Of a stretch of 64,000 bases of DNA, positions 25,513 through 37,338 are shown in pieces. The position numbers were made by a program, and so were the translations under genes. The DNA lies in NCBI GenBank assembly GCA_048128005.1, contig JBEUKZ010000096.1:682001-746000 (forward strand), read 5' to 3'. Source of the stretch: Veleropilina oligotropha (Eukaryota). Each line of letters begins with the position of its first letter. Position 1 is the stretch's first letter. The notes beneath the pieces are model-generated. The model was given only the letters and a program-made list of their open reading frames with translations. It was not told the origin of the DNA and ran no database searches.

Positions 25513-26304
25513 ATGGGAAAAAGTAAGAGGCAACGACCCTCCTCTGATGTCGAAACTGATTTGTCTTTTGCAAATACACCAGCTAAGCATCAAAACGACC
25601 CTTTATTTACCCAAGAACAGTTAGACGAACTTATAAAAAACGCGGTAGAAGCAGCGGCAAAAAAACTAAAAGAGGATATAACAGCTATATTGGAAGATAG
25701 AATGTCAAAGCTAGAAGGCGACATATTCGAGACCAATAAAGACAACGTTTGCCTAGCTGCTGAGGTCAAATCGGCCGAGACTAAGCTAACCATACTGACT
25801 GATGAAGTAAATCAAGTGCATAAAAATATCGCAGCCATTACTGCTCATGCTAATGACAACGAACAATACTCGAGGAAATCTAACGTTAAGATTTACGGCC
25901 TAAGCGAAAACAAGGGAGAAGATTGTAGAAATGTGGTGTGCGAGCTATTCAACCGTAAATTGTCCTTACAAATGACCAGCGACTGTGTTGATGTTGCACA
26001 CCGAGTTGGGAGACCAGCAATAGACCGCACAAGACCGATAATTGTGAAATTCCTTAAGCGTGATGACAATTTAGCAGTGTTAGAACATAGAAGAGAACTC
26101 AAAGGCACGCGTATTACCATTCAAGAAGACCTCACCCAAGCGAATCACCAACTCATGAATAGGGCAAGAAACCACCATAGAGTCGCAGCAACTTGGGCGT
26201 GGAACGGAAAGGTGTTTATCGAGACCGTCAATGGAAGTAAATTTCCCATATTCTTGAACACTGACATCGACGCTCAATTGTGCATTCAAAACAAAGGTCA
26301 TTAA
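25513..26304 (+). CDS. LINE ORF1 protein (coiled coil + RRM + C-terminal domain, L1-ORF1-like), 263 aa
   Basis: Kozak-context accATGG start; motifs NEQYSRKSNVKIYGL, VDVAHRVGR, RPIIVKF, IQEDLT and WNGKVFI. Confidence 0.9.
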   Translation: MGKSKRQRPSSDVETDLSFANTPAKHQNDPLFTQEQLDELIKNAVEAAAKKLKEDITAILEDRMSKLEGDIFETNKDNVCLAAEVKSAETKLTILTDEVNQVHKNIAAITAHANDNEQYSRKSNVKIYGLSENKGEDCRNVVCELFNRKLSLQMTSDCVDVAHRVGRPAIDRTRPIIVKFLKRDDNLAVLEHRRELKGTRITIQEDLTQANHQLMNRARNHHRVAATWAWNGKVFIETVNGSKFPIFLNTDIDAQLCIQNKGH

Positions 26305-27792
26305 CAATATGCAATCAACTGTGAACATTATTCACAGATCTTCCAGTGATACCGTGTTACTTAGGTACTTTACAGGGTTAATGAAGTTATGAGAAGCCAA
26401 TGTCATATCATACAATTGCCCAAGTATCACATATAAGTTTTCTCGACCTCTGATATTATCTAATTATGACAATTGTTTAATTTATAAAATTTAAGAAAAT
26501 CAAATGCCATATACCTTGTAATGAAAATTCACATATCATATATATCTATATATTATGTACGTAAGTATATGCATGTACGTAGGTACGTATGCATATATAA
26601 CACGTGATCAATCAATATTTATATTAAATAGATGAATTACGCATTGTTTTATTCTCAACCATAAAATTGAATCGGCAACAAATTTTCTCCGATTACGTGT
26701 TTTTTTCGAGCAATGATATAGTCAACAAAATGTACATTACATATTTATATTATAAGACTCTTATTTACATTTAACTATATATATAAACTACTACAGCCGT
26801 ACAACATTTTGCAATTTTACGTTTTTTGTCTGTGCGTATGCCTGATATTATTTAAATTTAGGCTAATATGATAATATGATACTTATCTGAAATGGAATTT
26901 GAGTTCATTTTTTTAAAGAATTAACATTGTAGTTCTTCATCCAGGATTGATTCGGTAACAAATTTTATCCGCATTTGTGTATAAGAACAAGGTTATAGAC
27001 AAACAATATACATTTTATAGGTAATTATTATAAATCATAGTCAAATATTAATATATGTATATAATACAAGTGCAACTTCTTGTAATCAGCCATGATTGTG
27101 AGTGTAAATGCGTGCGTGTATGTGTTTGTATTTATGTATGATTATGTAATATGGAATTAGTATTCATTCGTTAGCGTGTATCTAGTTGTATTTACAATTA
27201 TATTTATATGTGCATATCATAATGGTAATTTATACCCAATATTCACTTATGTATCTATATTTATATGTATATTTAACTCATCGCAAATTGGTCAACGCTT
27301 TGCTACCAATCTTAATTGCCACCGAATGTTTATGGGCGTATGAATATGTACATGCCGTTATACGTTATCGTTAAATCATGCGATTTTGGATTATACTTGA
27401 ATTTGTACATATGTGACTACTTCTTCTTATATTGTATAGACTTTTATGCATGTGTATCACATTATGTATATTTTGTCAGTTAACTGCATGCAAATTATAT
27501 AATATTTGTCATTAACGTCAGCCATATGGCATGCGTATGTATACTCGTATTTATATATATATACAATAGTTCATTATGTTAAACGACTACAAAATATCCA
27601 ATGAAAAATAAGTTAAAGCATATAACCAGATAATCGAATATAAACATTACAGCGAAGCTCAGACATCTATAAGAACGGTTATGAAACCGATTTGCATCAA
27701 CCCATTTGCATCACAATTTACATTCACATCAAAACACATATCTCATCCTGTAGCTGGTTCTTTGGTAAAATGGATGCTCAGAATAAACCCCG

Positions 27793-30700
27793 ATGAATAC
27801 GGTTAACAACAATATGGCAACCTTATTAGACGATATTAACAATGACCCCACAAAAAATTTAAATACCCTTCTCGACTCAGACTTACCAATTAATGATGCT
27901 TGCGATTATTATGATCCAAACGATATACATAAAATTAACTTTATCGATTCAACCTACAACATCTTACATTTAAACATTCATAGTATACCTAACAAAATAG
28001 ACGATTTAGCACTTCTCCTAAACAAACTGGAAACATCAGGATGCTCAATTGATATATTATTAATTTGTGAAACGTTCATAAATGATTTAAACATAAATTT
28101 GTGTCTTTTAAAAGGATACAAACTAGAGGAAAGGCATCGTGTCAACAAAAGCAGGGGTGGGGTGGCTATCTATATAAAAGAGGAAATGTCATACAAAATG
28201 AGATTAGATATTGATATTTTCCTTGAGGGAGAAATTGAGGCTGTATTCATTGAAATAGAAACAAAAAATAAAAACAATATCGTTGTTGGCGAAATATACA
28301 GAATTCCAGGCAGCGATGAACGGAAGTTTTTAACCGAGTATAACAACTTGCTACAAAAAATAAAAGATGAAAAAAAGGAAGTTATTATTGGAAGCGACCA
28401 AAATCTAGATTTTCTCAAAATTAATTCGCACCCGAATACGGAAACGTTCTTGGAAATAACCTTATCATATGGACTACTACCACTCATAACCCGCCCTACC
28501 CGTATTACGCACCATAGCGCTACGCTTATCGATAACATTTATATATCAAATAATCTGGCAAAGACCTACAAATCAGCAATTTTGACAACCCATATATCTG
28601 ATCACTTTCCCTGTCTAGGTCTAATAAATATCAACGGAAAGCGACAAAAAGAAAAATTAATCGTAAAAACAAGGCGTATAAACTCGAATACAGTAAGAAA
28701 ATTAAATGACATGCTAGACAATACCAATTGGAGTGAATTAGAAACTTTAAATGCAAGTGATGGTTACGAAAGGTACAACGAAATAATACAAAATTCTCTG
28801 GACACTATCGCGCCAGAAAAAACCATAACTATATCTCCTAAAAACATTATTAACGAGGCGTTTATGACAAAAGGCTTATTAACAAGCGGTAAAAAATGTG
28901 ATAGACTATATAGAACTAGCATTGGTAAGGATAAAAATGAGCCAGATCATCAAAGTTATGTAAAATACAGAAACTTATACAACAAATTAAAACGGAAAGC
29001 CAAACATAATTATTACACAGAGAGGCTCATTAAATTTAAACATGATTCCAAGAAGTTATGGGAGACAATAAACGAGATAACAAAACAGCACAGAAATAAA
29101 TCTGGATTACCAACATACATATCGAGTGAAGGACTAAGAAAATACAATCCAATGGAAATATGCCAGGACTTTTGCAACTATTTCTCTACAATAGGTAAAA
29201 AATTAGCCTGTAAAATACCCACATCATCATCTTGCTTTACTGATTTTATGGGAGACAAATGTCATAAAAATATATTTGGGGTACCAACAGATATTCATGA
29301 GGTGACAAAAATAATTAATAATCTTAAAAACAAAAGCAGCAGTGGTTTCGATAATATCAGTAATGTGCTACTAAAAAAACTTACGCCATCACTGACAAAA
29401 CCTCTAGTAACATTATTCAATAAGTCAATTGAATCTGGTACCTTTCCTGAAAAAATGAAAAATGCAGACATAATTCCAATTCATAAAAGCAACGACAGAC
29501 ACTTGATAAATAACTATAGACCAATTTCTCTCTTGACATCTGTATCGAAAGTCTTGGAAAAAATTATATATAAGCGATTGTATGGTTTTTTAAATAGCAA
29601 TAACATATTATTTCAAAGCCAATATGGATTCAGGCCAAATCATAGCACTACGGATGCCGTAACAGAATTGGTCAGCAAAGTTATAAATGGCTTCGAGGAA
29701 GGAAAACATACCCTTGCACTTTTTTTAGACCTGTCCAAGGCTTTCGATACAATCGATCATAATATACTATTAAATAAACTGGATCATTATGGAATACGCG
29801 GAATTCCCCTTAAGTGGTTCCAGAGTTACCTTTCAAAAAGAAAACAACGAGTCAAATACATGTCAAAAGACTCAAGAGATCCTGTACTGTCTGATTATCA
29901 AGAAATGACTTATGGTGTTCCGCAAGGATCAGTATTGGGCCCTTTGCTATTCTTGATATATATTAACGACTTAAATAAGAAATTGACCTTTTTTAAAATC
30001 ATTAATTTTGCTGATGACACAACCACATGCGCAAGCGACAAATCAATAACAACACTCTATGAAAAGGTAAATCAGGATTTAAAAATACTTGCAGATTGGT
30101 TCAAATGCAACAAACTCTCACTAAATATTAACAAAACAAATTACATTCTCTTTAAAAGAACCAATACTAATGTTTCAACGGTTCCAGAACTAAACTTAGA
30201 TGATACCATAATAAGAAAAGTAAAATCTACAAGATTTCTTGGTATTATCATAGACGAAAATTTAAATTGGAAGGAACATTTTCAACACTTACTCAATAAA
30301 TTACTAAGAAGTTTTTACACCTTACGATGTTGTAAAAACACGTTACCGACGTCGACTAAACGGATGATTTATTTCAGCACCATACACTCTCATTTAACAT
30401 ATGGGCTCTCTATATGGGGTCCAATGTTACAAAAGAAAGATTTCAACAAATTATTTATTTTACAGAAGAAATGTGTTAGATCAATTTTAAATGCTAAATA
30501 CAACGATCACACAAATCCTATATTTAAAAAATTAAATATATTAAAACTTGAAGATATGATACGATTGGACTTGAATAAACTAGGGTACAAATTTTATAAT
30601 AAGTCATTGCCATCACCACTAATGGGTATTTTCACTACAAGTTCACAAATTCATCACTATAATACAAGAAACAGAAACAATCCAGTAATTCAACGCCACG

Positions 30701-30837
30701 CCAAATCATGTTACAATAACAGCTTTCTATGCAAAATGCCTTCCTTGTGGGGAAATTTGTCAGCGGAAATAAAACGATCACGATCTTTAAAGTCATTTTC
30801 AAGAATCATCATTAAAAATAAATCAAGGGCATACTAA
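27793..30837 (+). CDS. LINE ORF2: AP endonuclease + reverse transcriptase, 1014 aa
   Basis: APE motifs HLNIHSI, ICETF, TLIDNIY, SDHFP. RT motifs NYRPISLL, QYGFR, LDLSKAFDT, GVPQGSVLGP, FADD, FLG. No stops. Confidence 0.97.
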   Translation: MNTVNNNMATLLDDINNDPTKNLNTLLDSDLPINDACDYYDPNDIHKINFIDSTYNILHLNIHSIPNKIDDLALLLNKLETSGCSIDILLICETFINDLNINLCLLKGYKLEERHRVNKSRGGVAIYIKEEMSYKMRLDIDIFLEGEIEAVFIEIETKNKNNIVVGEIYRIPGSDERKFLTEYNNLLQKIKDEKKEVIIGSDQNLDFLKINSHPNTETFLEITLSYGLLPLITRPTRITHHSATLIDNIYISNNLAKTYKSAILTTHISDHFPCLGLININGKRQKEKLIVKTRRINSNTVRKLNDMLDNTNWSELETLNASDGYERYNEIIQNSLDTIAPEKTITISPKNIINEAFMTKGLLTSGKKCDRLYRTSIGKDKNEPDHQSYVKYRNLYNKLKRKAKHNYYTERLIKFKHDSKKLWETINEITKQHRNKSGLPTYISSEGLRKYNPMEICQDFCNYFSTIGKKLACKIPTSSSCFTDFMGDKCHKNIFGVPTDIHEVTKIINNLKNKSSSGFDNISNVLLKKLTPSLTKPLVTLFNKSIESGTFPEKMKNADIIPIHKSNDRHLINNYRPISLLTSVSKVLEKIIYKRLYGFLNSNNILFQSQYGFRPNHSTTDAVTELVSKVINGFEEGKHTLALFLDLSKAFDTIDHNILLNKLDHYGIRGIPLKWFQSYLSKRKQRVKYMSKDSRDPVLSDYQEMTYGVPQGSVLGPLLFLIYINDLNKKLTFFKIINFADDTTTCASDKSITTLYEKVNQDLKILADWFKCNKLSLNINKTNYILFKRTNTNVSTVPELNLDDTIIRKVKSTRFLGIIIDENLNWKEHFQHLLNKLLRSFYTLRCCKNTLPTSTKRMIYFSTIHSHLTYGLSIWGPMLQKKDFNKLFILQKKCVRSILNAKYNDHTNPIFKKLNILKLEDMIRLDLNKLGYKFYNKSLPSPLMGIFTTSSQIHHYNTRNRNNPVIQRHAKSCYNNSFLCKMPSLWGNLSAEIKRSRSLKSFSRIIIKNKSRAY

Positions 30838-31370
30838 ACACCAGCGCAACCAACTACAGGCCACAAATCCACAACATTGCTTACACACACGCTTACAAAT
30901 ACTTAAACCAGCAATAGAACTTCAATTAATATGTATTCCCTACAGGGCTGTATCACCTGCAAAGGCACAGTCATATTTTGACTCAGGTACAGTCCTTCCT
31001 TTTTACCTATTTTTCCATAGCCTGATGTGTATATATATATCATGTAAAAAGGAAAATAAACATCTATCTATCTATCTATTTCCTGATTTCAAAATCGTAC
31101 GATCTTCTGAAAATTATAAATCCGCGTTAAAATTTTAGGATGTCGCCGATGCCCGTACCACATCTTCAAAAACACACATCATACGGGCTTCGTATCCGCT
31201 TGCGATGTATTTGCGGCATATGCATTACGCAAAGTAATGTTACCTTAACATTGAAATTGAAAGAGCAACATGAAGCAAATACTAGTATAGTATTTCACCG
31301 TGCGGAGCACGGGTTGAAGCTAGTGATTACGAATATATAGTTATAGTGTATGGCGTTATGTTGCAATTAA

Positions 31371-34300
31371 CAGGGAAGAGAACGTTTCTAATAGAATCTT
31401 GAAACTAGTGTTTATTTATGTTTTTAGATCACATAGGACTCAAAATCACCTGTTTTCAATATTTTCGTTTACGTCCAGGGAGCCAAGTCCAAGATGGCGG
31501 CCAAGAAATACAAAAAAATCAAGAATTCGCTGGGTTTGATCCATTTTATTCAATATATGTATAATTTTGCCTTAATATGGAAATGATTTTGATTGCAAAA
31601 CATTTTAATATACCTAGACTTATGCAAATCACACTGTCTACAATATTTTCATACATATCTATTGCCAAAATCCAAGATGGCGTCCACCAATAACCGAAAA
31701 ATATCAGGACATCGTTATTTCTGAATCATTTATTCACATACATGTGTAATGACAATAATTTATTTTAGAATAATATTACAATACAATATCTATATAGCTT
31801 TGTTAGGTTTTTAAGAAACAAAGTGTCATCAATGTTTTAGCTAATGTCCATGAACTAAATCCAAGATGGCGACCATCATGCACCAAAAAATCAAGATATC
31901 GTTAGGTCTGATCCTTTTATTACAATACTGCACATTTACAATGTTAATCTACTTCTGTAAATTTATCTAGGCATGTTATGTGTTTAAGTAATATATAATA
32001 CACTGCCAGCCCGAGCGCTATATACACATAACAGGCCGAGTGAGAACGAGGCTGTTATGTTTATAACACCAAGGGGTGGTAGCTGTATTATATGTTATAC
32101 ACACCGTGGAAATCTATTGTAAATTGCAAGCTCTAACCCTTTAAAACATTCAATTGCCCACCATATCGCCTTCTTGAGCATGATATGAGAGTCGACTCTT
32201 TCATTGGCAACTTGTCACATCTATTGTCACTCAATATAGTCGGGCCAGTTAGGCGAGTTAACCATTGTCTGGAAACAATGGGTCAATTAACACTAGGAGA
32301 CCTATTGTTCACATAACCAACCCCATGGTGTGTATGTGACAGGACGGAAAATAAAATGGTGGTCATACAAATATCAAGTATTTGGGTCTGTGTGCTACAA
32401 GCTTTTAGGCTCATTACTAATTTGATTACCGTATATACGTATGATATACTATATTGTGAATGTTTAACAGTTAATCATAACAGAAAACGACAGGTTCGAT
32501 AACGGACACATTATTAGTCATCATCATCATCATCACTCTCCGTCTCAGTTGCAATATTGTTGCACGACCCTTCAGCGCCCTCACATTTGCAAAGCTCTGT
32601 GCGTGCCAGATTATTGATCGGATGATTTTGCTGACAAGACAAGAGCATCTTACATTTAGCACGATAATCGACGTACGTTGGACATTTGTAACGAGTATTG
32701 TTGTCCAGTATATCGTTTTATAGGTTTTTTGGATCAGTGATATCATTGAAGGTCTTAAAACGTTAACATTAATTCAATTTAGGTATAATTGGTACCACGT
32801 GCATGGTGCTGCATACCCCAAAATAGCCAAATAGTGGCAAGCGATTATTTACAAGGATTTTCATTCAGATAGTCTAATATTGATTATATATTTACTTGTG
32901 ATTAATTGAATAAGATTTAAGAGGACCTACATTCGATGACCTATCATGGCTGTTGGTACCCCATTACGAGAGACATGTAGTTAGCTGTACCTTATGATGT
33001 CTCGGAGCGACTCTTGAGAGCAGCGGCCTTAATGAAGCATAGATTAAAACATGTATACCGTCACTATAGTACAAATATTGAATGGAAAGCTCCGCAGCAG
33101 AGCCTTGGATTCTCACCACATCACCGTGCAATTTTTATTTGAATTGTGGATTGATACATTCTTCGAACAACATTCAATGCTACACTGGCCGCTTCGACAG
33201 TACAGTGGTACGGTTGTGGATTCCGGAAATCACTGACTTGTTTCCGCTGACGCGAACAGTAGTGGGTTCGACCCCAGGCTGAGGCATAACACATTTGTTC
33301 AAGTTATGAGTCACAGTTGTCCGTGACTGGTCGAAGCGGGCGGATTTACCCGAGCAACCGGGCTTTCCTCCCGCGATAATACGGACATGTCCTGGTTTCA
33401 ACCAAATGATGGTTGGAAATATACAGGACATTAAGCATCGATCTTTTCCTTTCCTTTTTCAATGCTACACTACACATTGACAACTGCACAAGAAGATGTG
33501 AGAACAGCATTCAAATTAGCCTGGATATAGCTCAGGGCGAAGCTTATGGTGAATTGGTTAACTTGACATCTGATATGATTCTCATTGAAACGTTGGAAGA
33601 ATATGACAATGAGAACGAGAAGTACCCAATGTACAAGTGAGCTGAATGTAGGTAGGGCTTTGGCAGGTCAGCAACCTGTAATAAAGTTCATGCGAGTTCA
33701 TAATTAGCTCGTGTATCTTGCCTGGTTGAGTGTACCTCTAAGTCTTCGCATGCAACATGTATGACTATGCACAGCACATTCTTGACTGCATCACACACAT
33801 ATATCACTTGGAAAGTAGTCATCCTTCAATACGGCAAAACTCAGTATCAACCCTTTGCATTCACAACCATTGGACCCGATTTCAAATATTGCCTTGAGCT
33901 CCCCCGAACTAGCAAGGCTGGTTGACAAAACCGGGCGTATGCTGAACATAATGGATTCCAGCCCAAATAAGCATCACCAACACTCTGCACGACAGTAAAA
34001 GGCTGTGAGACAACCAAATGATGTGGCGCGCAATACAGCATAAAATGATGATGGATCTTACATGAAGTTGGCCAACGTTGTTACCAAGCGGACAATGCCA
34101 GCGGAAGTGAAGCGTGGTGTTTTGGACAAAGGGGTACGGGGAAGCACAGCACTTGCAAAATATGTTTATGAGAGGGTCAATGGACATAACATGTGGGAAA
34201 CGTCCAAAGATCAAGTGTCTGACTTTCCAAGATGGATTCAAAAGTATCAGACTGAAGGCGTCCTCCAAAGTAATCGGCTTGAAAGAACACACTCTATGTC

Positions 34301-36187
34301 CGTTCGCCTGCTCCCCGTTGTAAGTTTTCAAGAGAACTGGACATGCAGGAAATTGTGGTAACACATGAATTTGCCAATCACAATGGAAGCCTAATGGTGC
34401 CAGATGGGTCTCTGATACCCACTACAAACAAGTCAACCCTCATTCATGAACTGTAAGGTGTAGTGTCGGGGACAGGAACCACCGAAGACTCCATATAAGT
34501 GCCGAGTAGCATACGTCAATCAGCACATGTCTTCACCAGCATCGTCAGCATTGGTGTGATGCATGACATGGTTGTTTGGAAAGGTGACATGAAGTGTTGA
34601 CAAGACCAGTCAGAATGTTTGACAGCAAGTCACGAGGCTACTGTGACATGTATTTGTTATTTGACAACTGTACTATCAAAAACTCTATGAATGACAGAAC
34701 GAGGTAGCTCCGTACAGCAGGAAGAGCATAAGGGACACGCGAAATGGAACTTTCCACACATATCAAATAGTTCAAAGTACTAGTATTTCTTGGAACCAAC
34801 GAAACCAAAGCCAACGTCGTCTTCTAGTTTGCATAAAATAATGTCCAGATTTTCCCTTTAACATGATTTGACCAGAAGATAGGTTTGAGTTTTATTTACT
34901 AGATGACGGGCGTAGTGGTACTAAGACGTCCAAAGTTCCACATGCACGAGAGGCTGTCATGGACCTCGTGATGTTCTTGTCTTGTCAGAAAAATCATCGG
35001 ATCAATAATCTGGCAAGCACAGAGCTTTGCAAATATGAAGAAGCCGAAGGGTCTTGCAACATTGCAACTGAGGAAGCGAGAGTGATGATGATGACAAATA
35101 ATGTGGCAGTTATGGGACTTGTCGTTTCTGTTATGATTAACAGTTAAATATAGTATACCATACGTATATACGGTAATTTAATTAGTAATTAGCCTAACAG
35201 CTTCCAGCATACAGTATGGTAATAAAGGGTCAGACCTAACGATATCTTTTTTTGGCATATAATGGCCGCCATCTTGGATTTAGTCCATTGACCCATTGTT
35301 TCCAGACAATGTTTAACTCGGCTAACTGACCAGACTAAATTGAGTGACAATAGATGTGACAAGTTACCAATGAAAGAGTCGACTCTCATATCATCCTCTA
35401 GGAGGCGATATGGTGGGCAATTTAATGTTTTACAGCTTGCAATTTACAATAGATGTCCACGGTGTGTATAACATATAATACATGTGCCACCCCTTGGCGT
35501 TATAAACATAATAGCCTCGTTCTCACTCGGCCTGTATATAGCACTCGGGTTGGCAGTGTATTATCTATTACTTAAACACATAACACGCCTAGATAAATTT
35601 ACAGAAATAGATTAATATTGTACATGTGCAGTATTGTATTAAAAGGATCAGACCTAACGATATCTTGATTTTTTGGTTTATGATGGTCGCCATCTTGGAT
35701 TTAGTTCATGGACATTACCTAAAACATTGAACACACTTTGTTTCTTACAAAAATAACACAGCTGTGTAGATATTGTAGTGTAATCTTATTCTAAAACAAA
35801 TTACTATCATTGTGACACCTGTATGTGAATAAATGATTCAGCAATAACGGTATCCTGATTTTATTTTATTATTGGTGGACGCCATCTTAGATTTTGGCAA
35901 TATATATGCATAAAAAACATTGTAGACAGTGTGTTTTTCACAAGCCTAGGTATATTAAAATGTTTTGCAATCAAAATCATTTCCATATTAATATGAAATT
36001 ATACATATATTGAGAAAAATGGTTCAAATATAGCAATTTCTTGATTTTTAGGTTTATCCTGTCCGCCATCTTGGATTTTGCACCTTGAACATAAATTAAC
36101 AAATTGGAAACAGGTTGTTTTGTGTTCAGTATGATAGTAGAAAGTAACAAATCACAAATTTCCAAATTCTATATGAACGGTTCCCTA
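31371..36187 (+). mobile_element. DNA transposon with ~1.2-kb terminal inverted arms and decayed internal coding region (Academ-like)
   Basis: About 31371-32650 is the diverged reverse complement of about 34970-36187. The right end is ...ttcccta (TAG-type terminus). Internal 33500-35070 shows broken coding sequence ending in a Cys-rich motif (SCQK...NNLASTELCK...EGSCN). Confidence 0.65.
33187..33442 (+). mobile_element. SINE family A, full-length copy
   Basis: ggccgcttcg..cagtggta box A, gggttcgacccc box B, ccgggctttcctcccgcgataa V-domain-like core, ggacattaagcatcgatc tail. Confidence 0.85.
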
Positions 36188-36924
36188 AATAACACCAAGA
36201 CATACACTATTAAGATACTTCCCATAAATAGATAATATAATTCCTTTATGACATGTTACAACAATATGGCATAAATATCTTTGGTTCGCTTCGATACCTT
36301 TTATGCAGTATTTTTACATTTTACTTGTGCATGTGACAAACAAACCCATTTGACTCAAAAGTACATGAAAATTAAAACTGAAACGAGGCAATTAAGTTTA
36401 TAGTTTTTCAAATCATGAAAACAGTGGCTATATATATTACTATGACGAGGCTCAATGCAGCACTTGGACAATTTTACTTTTAACATCTGAGTTATTTTAT
36501 TCACAGAAAAGTTGAATATACACTACTAAAAAACAGTTAGGAATATTTCGAACTCTTAGCAATATACATTATAAACGAGGCTGCGTAGTAAATATGGCGA
36601 AGGCGGAATTATATACGATATGAAATGTTGTATATAGGCCTATTAGTAACGTCACACCAGCTCATACGGATACGAATTAAAAGATTACTATGATTTATTT
36701 TATTAATTCGAATTATATATAAATTATTGATGCTTTTCTTTTATTATTTGCTGTGCTATAACATATACTATGTAACGATTTTATAAATATATTTTTTATA
36801 ATTTAACCCTACCGAGGCTGGTAGTGGGTCCGAGTTCGAAGTCAAACGGTGGCTCATTCTCCCTCTTAAAATAGAGGAAATCATATATATTATATGTCGA
36901 TCAGATCGCAGTGAGATCTTAATC

Positions 36925-37338
36925 GTCCTGTCGTCTGGTTATCTTGTCGTCCTGTCGTCTTATCGTCTTGTCTTGTCGTCCTGTCGTCTTATCGTCTTGT
37001 ACATCGTCTTGTCGTCATGTCGTGTTCATATAACTTGCTGCGGTAAATAGTTTGCCTACATGTGTAGTCATTGCGATGGCACAATGCAACATGACGACAT
37101 GACGAAAAGACAACAAGACGATAGGACGAAACGACAGCAAGGGGACAAGACAACATTTTAGCGATGAAAGACGACATTCGAACTCGAAAGATGACAACTA
37201 CAGGCTGTCGATTTATCGTTCTGGTGCGTCGACGTTGTCGTCTTTTCGCGTTAGATTGTCGCCTTTTCGTCCTGTCTATTTGTCGTTGTATTTTGTCGTC
37301 TTGTCGCCCAAGACGACATGACATAAATTAGCCACCAT
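36925..37338. mobile_element. (tgtcgtct)-rich self-complementary MITE remnant
   Basis: Many gtcgtc / gacgac motifs in both orientations; ends aaattagccaccata, similar to the 54090-54435 terminus. Confidence 0.5.

Larger units (their letters stand above)
25231..31079 (+). mobile_element. Full-length, apparently intact CR1/L2-group LINE
   Basis: 5' UTR, ORF1, ~1.5-kb spacer, ORF2, 3' UTR with AATAAA and (CTAT)n tail ending near 31079. The 5' boundary is approximate. Confidence 0.9.
24869..31222. mobile_element. Harbinger-like MITE split by the LINE insertion (pieces about 24869-25230 and 31080-31222)
   Basis: Imperfect TIR atatgtcacaaatacacc / gatgtatttgcggcatat; both pieces are rich in cgta/tacg motifs. 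Confidence 0.55.

Noticed and set aside
27793..30837. Retron, group II intron or DGR-type reverse transcriptase
   Set aside because: The N-terminal AP endonuclease, ORF1 and microsatellite tail identify it as a eukaryotic LINE.
25215..31095. TSD for the intact LINE
   Set aside because: No convincing direct repeat was seen on the two flanks, so the exact 5' boundary remains approximate.
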